Positions 1-14,665 of a stretch of 64,000 nucleotides of DNA are shown piece after piece. The position numbers were made by a program, and so were the translations under genes. The stretch's first letter is position 1, and every line of letters starts with the position of its first letter. The stretch lies in assembly GCA_951406725.2 (NCBI GenBank), contig OX597825.1, forward strand, positions 53,258,001 through 53,322,000, written 5' to 3'. This stretch comes from Octopus vulgaris. Its lineage: Eukaryota. The notes under the pieces were generated by a model. It was not told where the DNA came from. It worked only from the letters and a program-made list of their open reading frames with translations, and made no database searches.

Positions 1-1249
1 CAACCAACCTGACTCTCCCAACCAACATTGTCACTACGAAAACCTCACCACCACTACCTTAGACAACCATCCCTACCAATAACACCACCATTGACTAGCA
101 CCACTATCTCGTCATCAACCATTAACACCGCCATCGCCACGCAATGCTTCTCTTCCCATCAACATCATTCACCATCAGCAAGGTGCCAAATCTGCATTTA
201 CCTCTGCATCACTTGGCACACTGCACCATTCCTCTTCTATTGAGGCACTAACATCGTTGTATTGATGTTGTTATAACTGACAGAGTAGTTTGTTATCTGT
301 AAACTAACAGCCAGTATTTATTCCAACGGACAATTTGTGCAACACATCAAATTATTCCATTACCTGGACATACCATTCCTTCGAACAATGTATTAGGCAT
401 TTCCATAAATTATTCAAAATAACTAACAGCCAAGACTAAATTTGAGAAAAATATAATTAACTTTGCAGAAATGATAATCTGTTAATTTAACAAATAAGTA
501 TATCAACTAACCATCGAGTTTAACCAACTGTCGTAATGCATTACCAGTTAACCAGCTAGAGTACTAACATAATTAGCTGATTAACCAACCAGCTAACTGT
601 AGTTACTAAATTTGTTGACCATCTAATTAGTTATTCACATTCAATAGCATATCAAATCCTGAAACTGAGCGACGGTGGAGATGATGACAATAAGACTCCC
701 ATCTAATCTAATAATTAACTATTTAATTAAGTAGCTAATTAATTAACCAATCGTACTAAGCACTTATCTAATTAGAAACCATATAGTAATTGAAATAACT
801 AATCAATTAACAAATTTACTAATTAAACATATTTACCTATTAACTAATTAATCAATTAACTAACTATGGAAATATCTAAATAGCTAAGTAATTAACATTC
901 TAATCGTACTAACTAATTAGCAGATATATAAATCATGGTTGAATGGGCTGCAAAATTGTACTCTAATAATCAAAGAATTTAAATAGACGGAATCAATTAC
1001 CGTAACACATTTAGTCTACGCAGCGTCTTACCTTACGTAACGATAAGGAAGATTTCTTTATTAAGCAGCGAGGTCTTAATCAGAGCAATGAGAGCACAAG
1101 CTAATACCATATATGTTGCGATATAATATAAAGGTGAGACTTCCGTGAGCTTCTCGTTGAAACCCTAATAAAACCTAAAAACGAAGTTGACCACTAAGAA
1201 AACGCTCTCTACTCATCCTGTACGCTCAGTCTACATGTGCATGTAAAGA

Positions 1250-3030
1250 AGAGGCCCGTTCATTCAGACCAACCTTGCATATTCAGCCACATTTCAATAA
1301 ATTTGTTGCAGGGCAGCACTTCCCTTTCAACACCCACTCTCGTTTTCCAGTGAAAACTGAATAAATTGATGCGGGCTTGGCCAAAGAGGAAGAATATTGT
1401 CTTCAGCCCTTTCAGTTTGGTCTTTCACACAATCTAATTTACAGAAGCCACATGAAAGACATTCACTGCCTGTACTTCCCATCCAAAGGGAGATGATGGA
1501 CAGAGCTTCACAATGGATTCAGCTAATAGCCCGTTCCGTTCTGAATGCAACAGAAGATCTTCAACATAAATCATAAGTTAGCAATACAACAGCTTAACGA
1601 GTGTGTGCTGAACAGTCCTGTCGCTGTGTTTGCATCTAGAGAAGGCTTGGATGGCGGACTTTGCATGCATGCAGCATTTATCTGGAACCGGCAATGGCCA
1701 CCGGTTGTTCTAGAGGCCATAAACTTCCAAAACTTACCAGTGGTTCCGGCCTGAATGTACTCCGGAACACACTGGTCGTTTGATATTCCTCGACTCTCAG
1801 AGTCTCGCAGTCTAGCCTACAACTAAACCCCTACAACGATGAACTTCCATCAACTTTATTATCCAAATGGTAGATAGTTATAAGCACCTGGTATTATCTA
1901 GTTACCGAGCATCCGGCCTCGTCTACACTTCATCCTGAACTGCAGCTTACAGAGACAAGCTACGCTAAAGCAATGCTGGAAAAGGATAAACACACTCGCA
2001 CACCGTTGAGAAAATGCTGGTGATATTACAGCCTCGGTGCATGTCTTTGCACCATCAGCATTGGCATTTTCAGTCCCTTAGTTATGTGGTGTTGACAGCA
2101 AAAGGAACGTCTAGTAAATGGAATGAGTCCCTTCTATAGAAAGCGGAAGTGTAGCTGATCTGGTCCGGTCTGATGAGAACTGGGATACAGCACGACGGTT
2201 AGGCCGTAATATATGAAGTACACGATCTTTCAGGAATAACTTCCTCACGGCCCATTTCTGGGTGATACTGGTCACCTTATACGGCAACTCAGCCTAGTCC
2301 TTGTCCACTTGGATATCTGGACAAAATCAGACCATGAACAATTTAAACGGTCCGTCCAACGTCGCACGTTGTTATTTGACTGCATGGACTACTTTTCCGC
2401 GTGTCTAGCTACAACGCCACTCATTTGTCTAGTTGAGTCTTTTTCTTACCACCGCCTCGTATTCCACTCAAGCAGTGGCGATCAGGTCTATATACCTAAT
2501 GTCCAACACTATGGCAGTGATATCAACTTCATATGCCGCCACTGTTCTCCCACTTTAGAGTTCGCTCACGTCTCCAGTTTCCGTGCAGTAACTCTAGACT
2601 CAGTAAGAACAGAGAAGACTAAATGAAACAATCTTGACTGACCGAGCGAAAGATACGGAATTGCTTCAATTGCAAACTATTTGCCGTAACTATCAAGCAG
2701 ATGTCGCTGTACATTGCGACAATATAACCGGGGCGGAAATCGATTACCATGAGAGCAGCGAGTATGTATTTGTCGTCGACTTTATCGAAAGCTATCTATT
2801 GAGTCTTTCCAATGCCAGCTTCTACCCCTACCCTCTCTATGAGGTATTGCATGAAGTGGATTTTTCGTGGATCTGCTTCGGATGATGCATGTTTGCACGT
2901 CAGCGATCAGACCACAAAAGCCAACCATTTTGCAAAGCATTTTGCCATTTTTCTGTACTTCTATTTAATAGAGCTTGAACCGAAAATTATCAATTTGTTT
3001 CTCATCATTTCACGTATTCTATCGACTCTG
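1250..3030 (-). pseudogene. Degenerate L1/Tx1-like LINE ORF2 (RT domain through C-terminal zinc-finger region)
   Basis: Manual minus-strand translation across frameshifts and stops: IDNFR..LLN, LHFMQYLIERVG, AFDKVDDKYILAAL..AMYSDI, FRSVSQDC (RQGCPLSP-like), AAYEVDITA (YADD-like), then TVQHTLVK and IVWKTKLKGL-like C-terminal motifs. Confidence 0.75.
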
Positions 3031-3041
3031 TAATGATGAAT

Positions 3042-3765
3042 GGCAATTTGAAATCAGAACGTAAAGTCAGAAGAAATGTGGCTAAGTATTTCGTCTATTG
3101 TGCTAACGATTCTGACAGCTCGCCTGCTTATATGATGATAATAATAAATTCTTTTATTAACAGGACGCCTCAAATTATGGAGAGGGGGCTAGTCAATTAA
3201 ATAAACCCCAGTGCTCGATTTGGTACTTATTTTATTAATCCGTAAAGGCTGAAATTGATGGCCACTGCGGTGGAATTTGAACTCAGGATATAAAAAAAGA
3301 TAAAATGCCGCTTAGCAATTTGTGCAATTCACCTTCTCAAAAATCCGTTCTACGATAGGCACAAGGCCGGAAATTTTTGGGAGAGTACTAATCGATTACA
3401 TCAACCCCATTGTTTTACTGGTACTTAATCTTTCGACCTCGAAAGGCGGAATTTGAACACAGAACGTAAAGACAGACGAAATACTGCTAAGCATTTTGTC
3501 CAGCGTCCTAACAATTCTGCCACCTCGCCGCCTTTGCCGTCTTTATAATAAAAAAAAATGACGATTTCAAATTTTGACACAAGGCCAATAAATTTGGGGT
3601 TTAGTCTATTGAATCGACCCCAGTACTCCACTATACTCATTTTATCGACCCCAAAGTATGAAAGGCAATATCGACCTCAGAAGAGTCTGAACACTGAACG
3701 TAAAGACGGACAAATTTTCGGTATTTTGCCTGGCGTCCTAACGATTCTGCCAGTTCCCTACCTTA
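3042..3765 (-). mobile_element. Four head-to-tail copies of a tRNA-derived SINE (family A, octopus OR/OK-like)
   Basis: Repeated unit cacaaggcc..atcgaccccag..ttatcgacc..gaatttgaactcagaacgtaaagac..ctaacgattctgcc..cgccgcctt at about 3042-3130, 3158-3325, 3350-3535 and 3570-3762; the reverse complement has A-box/B-box-like motifs. Confidence 0.85.
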
Positions 3766-5016
3766 ATAATAATGATGATGATGGTGACAGTGGCCGCGGC
3801 GACGGTGGTGGTGGTGGTGCATCTTATTGCGGAAAGAACGACAGTGATGGAAGAGTTCATGGTCAAATTCGAAATGATTTGGTGGTAAAAAAAAAAAACT
3901 ACTAGTAAATCATAAATTAATCAAAGGATATCAAAAAGATAGAAAATACGAAGAAAAAAATGTAGTTCCTACATTTTAAGAAACATTGGATAACCGAAGT
4001 GTTCAAGTGTTTAAGAAACAATTTCTGTATAAAGATGTATAGCTGACCATGCCCACTATTTGAAATGTAAATCGACAGTTTTGCGGTTAAAAAAGGAAAA
4101 CGGAAAAAAAGTAAAAAGTCATGCATGCACGATAAGTTCAGAAAAGACGAATCTTTCAAGCGATACAAATTACATTTGAAAAACGCAAAAGAGAAACATT
4201 TAATTATCGTTATGTTCTCTCAGCTAATCTCTTATCTGGTGAACGAATAAACAACTACTTTATTAACAAAGTGACGTTAACTATTTATCATCGGCTGGTG
4301 TTAGAGAGATATATAGAGATAATGATAGAGAGAACGATGCGTTGCAGAGAAAGGAGGAGTGGAAAATGAATGCGGAAAAATGAAACGAAATCAAAAGAAA
4401 TAACATTGTGGAGTGACGCAAAATGTTTTTCAAAAGTTCAATTATGGAAAACAGCTGAGAGCTAATTCACAAAGCTGAAAAAAGACACACAATCAAATAC
4501 CTGGGAGTTTCCATTCTATGATATATATATATGCTTGTGTGTGTGTATGTGTGTGTGTGTATGTACAACACAGAAATTAAAGGAAGATATATACACAAAT
4601 AAACTGAAAAAGATAATAAAATTAATAATTGTAATAAAAATAAAAAGAGACCAAACAAAACATGATTCAACTATATTAAGTGGAAGGCAGTAAATTATTT
4701 TCTTAACTTCGTTTTAATTGTTATTTATTAAAAGATAACAGCAAATTTAAAGACAATAGCATAACGTAGAATAAAAAGCAACATACTTGCTTTCAAAAAC
4801 AAAATCTATTATAATTATATAAAATTAATTAAAAAGAAATGATGTAATTACTATGGTCTTGTCATGTCCAACATGATTACGTCTGTGATTTATTTAAAAG
4901 ATTACATTACATTTCTGGTGGTAATAATTCTTATAATTTCTGATTTTGTTCTGAGTTAATATAATATAGGATATGGGGCCAATTATTTTGGCAAATTTTA
5001 AATGTATATATGTAAG

Positions 5017-5084
<68 letters not shown>

Positions 5085-5181
5085 TATATACATATATGTA
5101 TATTACTATATGTATATACATATATGAATGTACATAAGTATATACCTTTATATGCATTTATGTCTAAAGGTAGGTGCATAT

Positions 5182-5228
<47 letters not shown>

Positions 5229-5359
5229 TAATACCTCGCCATATTGCGGTTTATTATATAAGATTGTGTCGATTCATCTATGGTGTTGTGTTGCAATTGT
5301 AATAAAATAACTATATACTAAGTATAAAAATATTAATTAAAAGAACTCTGTTTACTCCT

Positions 5360-5441
5360 CCTTACTTTTTACTTCGCGGATTTTCGCCTATCACGTGGAG
5401 TTTTGAAGCCTAATACCTGCGATAGTCGAGGGCTTACTGTG
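5360..5441. mobile_element. Tigger/pogo-type MITE end fragment
   Basis: ttcgcggattttcgcctatcacg...cgagggcttactg terminus resembles pogo-family MITE TIRs. Confidence 0.35.
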
Positions 5442-5476
5442 TATATATTTAAATATATATATGTCACTGAATGTGA

Positions 5477-7035
5477 CTAGGATATCAGGCAACAACTCCA
5501 TTGCGAGAAATAAGATCTAAACCGCTCTAATACAGTAGTTAATGCACAAACATATAGATTATCAACACGTTTACAATTTTTACAAATATAACAGTTAAAT
5601 AGTAAATACTTGATGATTTGGTGAATCTTATTACGTTTGCAGAGCTTCTTGATAAACAACATTTTTGGTGTTTCCTTGTAAGACATATATGAAGAAATGA
5701 TTAGGATTGCCGACTCTTGAGCATCCCACATAAAGTTGGCCCTGGGAGAAAACTGGTTCTGTAAGTATCAGACCTACCACGTTCAAGGTTTGCACCTGGG
5801 CCTCATTAATGATCATTGCAAAGTTCAATTTCAACAGGAATTGCAAGCGCTTGTACTGGAAAGGTATATCCGAAGGAATAAGTGGAATTGTAAGTATGAA
5901 TACAGGCTCCCCGCTTGCTTTACAAGTCAAAATCGTTGTCTCCAAAACTGTTGGCACCATCTGCTTTATTATAAGTCGTGTACAATTACAAAGCTTTGGT
6001 GGATCGGGGTTTCGAAGCAGTATAAGTGATGCCCCAATCTTGAGGTGCATGGTGTGAGGCGGGAGGCCAGGTGGTGTTAGACTGCTCAAGAATTCAACTG
6101 GATAATTCACAGCTTCATCGATGTTGAGTCCAGCATCAATAGCATTGTAGACGTAACGTCTATCTGGTAATTGTTCCAGTTTATATTTCAAATCAACACT
6201 ACCACATTCTTTGAACCTAACATGGCACGGCTTTTCATCCAATTGTTGTCTGTAAACTGATTCCTGAGGTTATAAAACACAGTATTCACTAGTTACTTTA
6301 AATCAGATATCATATGTCCAAAGGGCAAGCTTACCCAGTCATCCTTCTCGCCAAATGAAGTGGTAAAGTTTGCCTTCTCTTTCTTGGACAAGTCCAAAGG
6401 GAGTTTGAAAGCGGAGTGAATTGTGCGGCCACCACTTAACAGAGTTGCAACTATTCCTCTTGACACCACTGCTATGGCAATGTGTTTAATTTGACGCAGT
6501 TAAGCGAGATGAAGGTTGATGACGAATGTTTTGCCAGTTCCACCTGGAGCATCCAGAAAAAAACGACCTTCTCTTTCATTTTCAATGCTCGAAATAATGG
6601 TGTTATAGACATCCAGTTGGTCCTCCATCGGTTTGTGTTCATTATCAGCTATATACACCGTCATTTCCTCGATGTCATAGCTGAATTCTAGCAGGTGCTC
6701 AATTGCGAGCCTCATAGTAAATCGCATTATTAAACGGGGAAATTTCTATTGAGGTTTGCCTTTGAATCGTTTAAAGGATGTCCTCTGCCATGCAAGGTTT
6801 ATGGATCACCCAAACCTTGAGATGTTCACATAAACCGCATGTCATCAGTAAGATAGAAAATAGCTGGTGTAGTTGATTTAATGCTGTGCTGACTGCTACC
6901 TCCTCCAGTGTCTGGTCCCAGTGAGCATCGTCCTCCAGTAGTCCAAGCTTGGCGCAGACATCCCAATTGTGTCTTCGAAAGTCTGTGAATGATGGAGGAC
7001 CTAGGACAGTATGCAGCAGTAGATGCAACGTCATT
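5477..7035 (-). mobile_element. Helitron remnant (RepHel Pif1-like helicase region plus 3' CTAG end)
   Basis: ORFs 6771-7034, 6500-6727 (FFLDAPGGTGKTF, Walker A) and 5631-6242 (PPGLPPH..LKIG..LLRN..CNxTRL; FAMIINEAQVQTL; FSQGQLYVGCSRV); minus-strand CTAG followed by T at 5477-5480. Confidence 0.92.
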
Positions 7036-7437
7036 TATGGTATATCTGTGAATACGTCATTAACCGAAATTAGTGGATCTATTGTTTAGGAAAATTCTGT
7101 TTACTTGTTTAAGGGTTGTACTGGAGAAATTGCGAAAATAACTCTAACAATCCCAATGATAAGAAATAACATATTCAACTTGATTTATACCAAATAATAT
7201 AGGAAAATGAATGGGTTATTTCCCTTCGCTGTAAAAATAAAATATATTAGTTATATACAAGGATCCCTTCCAGGAGTTCTAGCCATCTAATTATAGACTT
7301 TTATTAAACTTTAATGAGATTAGTAACAAAGTGGATATTACTTTAGCATATTTGCAAAGTTGCACATAAATTCGTTAAAGTGTGTAGATGGCAACTTGAA
7401 ACAAACAGACAACTTGCTTTTATATATGTATAAGATC

Positions 7438-7485
<48 letters not shown>

Positions 7486-7487
<2 letters not shown>

Positions 7488-8139
7488 GTGTGTGTATGTG
7501 TGTGTGCGTGCGCGCAGTGTCTGTGTTTGTGTGCGTTCATGTGTTTGTGCATGTACATATGTATGCACATTCACATCCATCTACATAGATGCATACACAC
7601 ACATGTATATATGTATATACACATGTATATATGTATACACACACATAGCCATATATATATATATATATGTGTAAGTATGTATTTATGTATGTATATATGC
7701 AGTTGGTTATCCATATAAGAGCATTTCCGTAAGTAATCAAATTGAATTACGAATGATTTAACTGAAGAACATAGGTATAAGTTGCTGGGAGAACGTATGC
7801 GAACTATAAGTTAAATTATCAAATTATACCTATGTTCTTCAGCTAAATCATTCGTAATTCAATTTGATCACTTACGGAAATGTTCTTATATGGATAACCA
7901 ACTGCATATATACATAAATACATACATACACACATATATATATAAGGCTATGTGTGTGTATACATATATACATGTGTGTGTATGCATCTATGTAGATGGA
8001 TGTGTATGTGCATACATATGTACACGCACAAACACATGAACTCACACAAACACAGACACGCACGCGCACGCACACACACATACACACATATATATATATA
8101 TATATATAACTCACACAAACACAGACACGCACGCGCACG

Positions 8140-8196
<57 letters not shown>

Positions 8197-8533
8197 GTGT
8201 GTGTATGTGTGTGTGCGTGCGCGCAGTGTCTGTGTTTGTGTGCGTTCATGTGTTTGTGCATGTACATATGTATGCACATTCACATCCATCTACATAGATG
8301 CATACACACACATGTATATATGTATATACACATGTATATATGTATACACACACATAGCCATATATATATATATATATGTGTAAGTATGTATTTATGTATG
8401 TATATATGCAGTTGGTTATCCATATAAGAACATTTCCGTAAGTGATCAAATTGAATTACGAATGATTTAGCTGAAGAACATAGGTATAAGTTGCTGGGAG
8501 AACGTATGCGAACTATAAGTTAAATTATCAAAT
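7486..8533. repeat. Forward / inverted / forward triplication of a ~340-bp unit
   Basis: 7486-7824 matches 8195-8533 (direct); 7825-~8150 is the reverse complement; a few substitutions separate the copies (e.g. gcatttccgtaagtaatc vs acatttccgtaagtgatc). Confidence 0.9.
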
Positions 8534-8559
8534 TGTATTATACTTTCATTCTTTTACAT

Positions 8560-8980
8560 GTTTCAGTCATTTGCCTGCGCCCATACCTGAAAGCTTTTGG
8601 TCGAATAAATTGGCCCCAGGATTTATTATTTGTAAGTCTAGTACTTATTCTATTAGTTCCTTTTGCTGAACCGCTAAGTTACAATGACATAAACACTCCA
8701 ACAACGGTTGTCAAACGAGGTTGAGGGGACAAAGACACAAAGTCACAAGCACACACACACATACATACACACACATACATACACACACATACATACACAC
8801 ACACGCACACACATATATGTATAAACGAAGGGCTTTTACCACTTACTGTTTATAAAATCCACCGACAAGATTTTGGTCGGCCCGAGGATATAGTAGAATA
8901 TGACTATGGTTCCACGCAGTGGGACTGAACCCGGATCCATGTGGTTAGGAAGCAAATTTCTTACCACGCAGCCATTCCTT
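8560..8980 (-). mobile_element. tRNA-derived SINE family B with internal (CA)n
   Basis: tcagtcattt..gaaccgctaagttac..(CA)n..ttggtcggcccgagg..ccacgcagtgggactgaacccgga..ttaccacgcagcca; same family at 20.7, 33.2 and 60.9 kb. Confidence 0.85.
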
Positions 8981-9169
8981 GTGAACTGTTTCTTTGAAGA
9001 AAATTATATTTAACCAATGAAGTGAAACTTGAACAACCAACGCAAAGAAGACCCACGCATATAATGGCTGAGAGGGCATATAAGTAATGTTCGTTAAGGT
9101 CCCATGTAGTTTACAAAATTTTATATTTTATATAGAAAACAATATTGTTTCTCATATATTTTTCCTAAA

Positions 9170-9410
9170 TGAGTAACAATGGATCAACGGAAACAAAGTA
9201 GAAAATCAATTACCATAGAAACTAAGAAGGAAATTCTATGCAAACATGGGAATGGAATAAGTATTATAAAATTTGGTCGGGAGTATAGTGTGGCAAATCG
9301 AACAATCTGAACCACACTAAGAAAACAAGTATCAATTAAGAAGTGTTGAAGTAATTAATAATGAAACTTAGTAATTCAAGCAACAATTTCATTGAAGAAA
9401 TCCGAAAGTT
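9170..9410 (+). pseudogene. Tigger/pogo transposase N-terminal (CENP-B/psq HTH) fragment
   Basis: Translates RKSITIETKKEILCKHGNGISIIKFGREYSVANRTI*TTLRKQ, matching the CENP-B-like HTH pattern. Confidence 0.65.
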
Positions 9411-11958
9411 TCATTTTGCAAAAGTTTATTTCCTACCTCTCGACTGAACTTTTCTCAAGCCCATAGTGTGGCGTGTTACTTCTACGGGGAAAATCACTCG
9501 CTTCTTAATAAATAAAGGTGTACTGATGGATGTTGCTTCGGATAGCTACATAGATCTGTAGATGTCTCAGAAGCAGTTTGAAATATAGGCTGAAATCATT
9601 TAGTGCATGGTGTGAAATAGCTAAGTGGCAGAATGTAGTAATTGATAATGCGACAATAAAACTCTGAGATGGGCTAAGTGGATTCTATAGTTGGGAATGA
9701 ACATCATATGAATGCTTCTTGTCATAACATTAAACCTAGAACTGTATATATGTTGAGCATTGCATTAGAATAGAAAGTCATATGTGTACATTACATTGAT
9801 AGGTGCAATGTTTAAATCATGCGTTTAGATCACATGTCTACAACCAAATGCAACAAACTAGGTTACATATTCAGATTACAAATTACGTTACATATTCAGA
9901 TTGCAACTTCGGAACAAATGTTTACATCCACTATGGTTTATGTGTTTTGAACACATAACATGACTAGAACAATAAAGAACAAACTAAATGCTCATTATTT
10001 ATATAGGGACAATGTTTAGAAATGAAAATTGTTTCATACGTTCGTATTCGGAGTTTAAATCCCATCGGCTTATACTTCGCATTATATCATATCGATTGTC
10101 AACCGACGAATTTAAAATGGATTCGTTCATCATTTCTGGTCTACAAACCTACTCATATCAACTTTTGTCTCTCCTGCTGTTGCGAGAACGGCTACTAATT
10201 GTCTAATTACAGTGGTTTTGTGTAACTTTCAACTAGGAAGACGTGATTATTTTGTTTCTTGCCCTTCTGTAACATGCGATGTGTTTCCTCAACTCATATG
10301 CCTCGCATTCACCACCATCGTCCAAATCCTTCTTATTTAGATATGTCTCTGAAATCTCTCTTTGTCCACGTTCCTGCTGTGGTTGTTACAATGCATTAAC
10401 CTAAGAACTGCAACTGCATCAATTTCACTGATGCCGGGAATGTGCAAAAGCGAAAATATAATAAATAAATAAAATAACTATGCTTTCCTCAGACAAAAAA
10501 CAATGTTCTTTCAAAAGATCCACGAAGCCCATAGTCACGGCCACATGTTCAATATACAATCTTGACACAGTAATTAACATGAAGCTGTTTTAACACACCT
10601 CCTCACATTTATTTCTGACAATTAATCTTTTCCTATCAATACTCCTTAATTTAACATCCCACTGGCGTTCACCAGTTGCATAATCTACTAAAATTTCAAT
10701 CGTTAGGTACAAACGCTTATTTAACATCACACATCATTTTTCATATATTTTCTGTTTAATCTAATAATTCTATATCTTTCAGTAACTAGGTTACCCTGCG
10801 TGTTAAACCCACGTATGCCATTGCTGCCGACTGAATTTAATGGTGCTCCATATTCGTCACAGTAACAGAACATAATAATGATTTCTAGGCCGTCGTATGA
10901 TTGGAAATTCCAATCAGTATTGTTTTTACATCATGTTGTTTTTAACAAATCAGAAAACATGGCTATTGTTTAAACTAAAGAAGAGTATTTTTTCCTCTCT
11001 CTAAAACATCAATACCTCTTTGATTTATCCATTTTACTGAAAAGCAAGCTATACCATTCCAATGCTCATCATATTTGGTACTCTGTTTGACATTTGAAAA
11101 TGTCTCCATTTGTATTCAAAAAACATTTTTAAAAAATGTTTATTCCATATATGGTTTTAGAATATCTATTTTTTCTTCTTTGTTCAAATATTTTTTTATG
11201 CTCTCCATCAGATATTTCAAATTAGTCTGTTAGAAATTTCACTTGAAAACATATTTTGTTTCAATTTTAGTTTTCTCATTTTTAGATTTTTTGATGTTTA
11301 TATTTTATTTAAAAATTTCCCACTTTTTTCTGTTGTGTATGTTTGTAAAAGTGGTGGGGGATCTTCTTTTTGTCTTTTGTTCCTTTTACCGATTATGTCC
11401 TTTCATGCTTCCCGTTCCTGCATCAGATATAAAGAGGAATCTTAATTTGGCGCAGGCTTCAAGGGTTTTAATGAATGAGCACTTGTCAAAGAGTGACAAT
11501 CTGTTTATCAAAAAATGTTCAGCTGAACTTGGTCACTTTTTTTCCATTCTATTGGTGCTGATTGAGGAAATTCTATTTCACTTCATTCTTTGTCTTTACT
11601 AAATTGAGGGGAGAAAAAGAAGGGAGTTACTGAAGATCAATATTTGATTCATCAATAATATTGAAACATCCCCAATTTCATACTATTCGCTTCTTGTCCC
11701 ACATATTTCACGGCTAACCTCCATCACATTGAAGATGACATCCAGGCCTCTTTAGATTCTAGTCATTAATTGATGTATAGGTTCAAATGTAACAGTATTT
11801 CTATCTAACATGCAACTAAAATAAATCACTGGTAAGCTTTTAATGATCCAGTTACGTGTTGCGGGTTCGATATCCTGTTTTGCTAGATCTTTTAGTAGCT
11901 TATATATATAATTTTCTCTTGTTATCAGAGCTAAATCATTAATCAGGAAAACATTTCT

Positions 11959-12000
11959 ACGAGGGTGGGCTGAAAAGTTCATAGGCTGACCATGAAGGAC
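11959..12000. mobile_element. mariner-type TIR fragment
   Basis: ta|cgagggtgggctgaaaagttcataggctgac, a TA-flanked mariner-like terminus. Confidence 0.5.
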
Positions 12001-12167
12001 CTGAAAAGGGGAAAAATTGGCCTAATGATGTTATCCTACAGTAAAAGAAGGCTTTAGCCCCCAAGAACATTTATGGCAATATTGTTGACACATTATCTTA
12101 TATATATATATATATATATGCATATATATTTACATGTATATATATATATATATGTATATCTATATGG

Positions 12168-12217
<50 letters not shown>

Positions 12218-12340
12218 GTATATTACATACACATATATTTAGCTATATAGATATATATCTAAAATATGCATAATCATGTATATTTCATTATGTACATATA
12301 CATATGTATACATGTATGTACACACACGTGCGCGCGCGCG

Positions 12341-12387
<47 letters not shown>

Positions 12388-13639
12388 TATATTATATACT
12401 GATATATTTATATATATATATACATATATATCCAAAATATGAATAATCATGTATATTTATGTATATATACATATGTATGCATATATATATATGCACATAC
12501 ATACACACACACATATATATATATATAGAGAGAGAGAGAGAAAGAGAGATAGAGAGGAACGCATACATACATAAGTGTGACTGTGTGTGCGTGCGGTGTG
12601 TGTGTGTATTTGCATGTTTGGTATAAATATTTCACAGTTGTGATGAACGACGAATATATGTGTTTGTATGTGTTTTTGTGTTTAGGAGTATGGATCTTCA
12701 TAATCCTCAATGTGTATGCTCACACAGATAGAACGTTATACATATACAGGCAAAGTAAGATTTTCAGAAACTGTTTCTGAATTTTTCTGCTTTATTAATC
12801 ACAGCCAATCCGTTGTTTTCAGCTAACAATTATAATTCAAATAACATACAGCTATGAGCAATAAAATCGAATAACTTTTGCTCAGGGTGCAAATGTCATT
12901 AGATCCTAAATATGGAAAATTGTGATTTGTGGCCTTTTCTAAGAAAACCTCCGTGAAAACCGCAGTCTTACTATCTCGATAGAATAAACAAATCATTATA
13001 CCAACTGATTGAAAATGTTGATATCCATGAAAATAGCTGAATTTCTTCCCCTATAGAATATACACGCCGTTCAATACACAGATTGGAAATGTTCATAACT
13101 GTTTCAGATCTTTGGCAGTTATTTGCTCTGTAGACATTTACTATTTAAATGTATTTGATGGAGATATACGATTGTAAATCGTTCTTACATATCAGTAAAA
13201 ACGTCATCTACATAGCAGTCTGAATATTATTATAACTTTTCCTAGAAACATTGGTAATTTGGAGAATAAAGACATCTCGTCCTTATTTGTTTCTTTAAAA
13301 TCATGTATTAGAAATATCTCAATTATGACAATTTTACTGATCATATTTTCAGCCCTTACGTGTCGAAATACTGCTCCTTTTCAAACACAAGACTTTACCA
13401 AAACCCACACTAGAGACTATGGACGTTTTTAGTGTAACAAGACATAGCTGGGCCAGTATCAATTGAAAATGGAAATATTGCCTAATTGACTTGCGACGAG
13501 CAAAATGCAGCAGTTACACCTTCATTTACGGCAGTAATACTAAAGATTAATGTAAGGAGTTTACTGATGTTGCAGTAGCAATAGACATCAACTAGTGTGT
13601 GAGGAGAAAAATAGCTGCCGTCTATTGAAATAATCCTTT

Positions 13640-13868
13640 CTACTATAGGCACAAGGCCTAAAATTTTGGTGAAGGAGGATAAATCAATTAAATGATCCCC
13701 AGTACTTCATTGATAATTAATTCATCCACCCCGAAAAGATGAAAGGTAAAATCGACCTCAGCAGAATTTGAACTCAGATAGTAGCCAGCAGAATTTGAAC
13801 TCAGATAGTAGCGACGGGTAAAATACCGCTAAGCAATTCGAACAGCGTGCGAACGATTCCACAAGCTG
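13640..13868 (-). mobile_element. SINE family A copy with an internal 27-bp tandem duplication
   Basis: Matches the family A unit; cagcagaatttgaactcagatagtagc occurs twice (13759-13812). Confidence 0.85.
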
Positions 13869-14549
13869 AATTAATAACGAAGGAAATGGTCTTTTAAAAC
13901 GTAACCAATTCTTGAGAAAGTGTCTATATAGGTGTGCATGTAGACTATTTAAAGATAAAAGGAAGAAACGCACAGATACAGCAGCCACGTAGAAGATGTT
14001 GGTGTCTTGTGTTGTAGACCATTCTCTTCTGGACCAATTTCTATATTCTTGCTTGAAGGAATATTCCCTCTGAGCCTGACGAATAATTTGCCGACCCTTT
14101 ATACACACGCGCGCACGAGTGCACGCACACACACTCACATGATTACGTAAGTGGTAACAACGAAACTGATTTGTGATTAATCTGTATATTTCTATCTTTT
14201 CAATTGTCTTGCTCGCTAATGTTCTGGCGTTTGCTGAATTTCCTCGAGAGCATTCCTTTGTTAGTGGTAAGACTATGGGGGTCGACTTCTAGCATATTGA
14301 TGTCCACTTAGTGGTCATCCCTCTTACATATATATATATATATATATATATATAACTACAAAATTAGAGAATGGAGAAACATACTTAAATCAGTAAAACA
14401 TCAACTATCCGATGATACTCAATCCATACTTTAATACACCATTACATATGAGTAAAGGCAATATATAAAATGAAATGAGATATACAGTAATAGTAAAAAG
14501 ATAAAGAGATATAAGTAAAAAATTTCAAATATAATATGCAAATAAATCA

Positions 14550-14665
14550 AAAACTGACAGCTGTTTCGGCAGTGAGGGCAGTCATACCTCATTTAACCTA
14601 TAAGCCATAAAGGCAGGTATAAATGAGGCATTAACAAGGATGCCCCACGGCCTCTTCAGAGAATT
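14550..14665 (-). ncRNA. Type I hammerhead ribozyme motif (long stem II), left arm
   Basis: Reverse complement of the 15378-15493 motif: CTGAAGA-stem II-GAAAC-AGCT-GTC. Confidence 0.75.

Noticed and set aside
300-920. TAATTA/TAAC-rich stretch as a homeodomain site cluster
   Set aside because: More simply a decayed (TAAY)n low-complexity tract
12216-12470. ~170-bp direct duplication
   Set aside because: Ordinary slippage duplication within TA-rich microsatellite DNA
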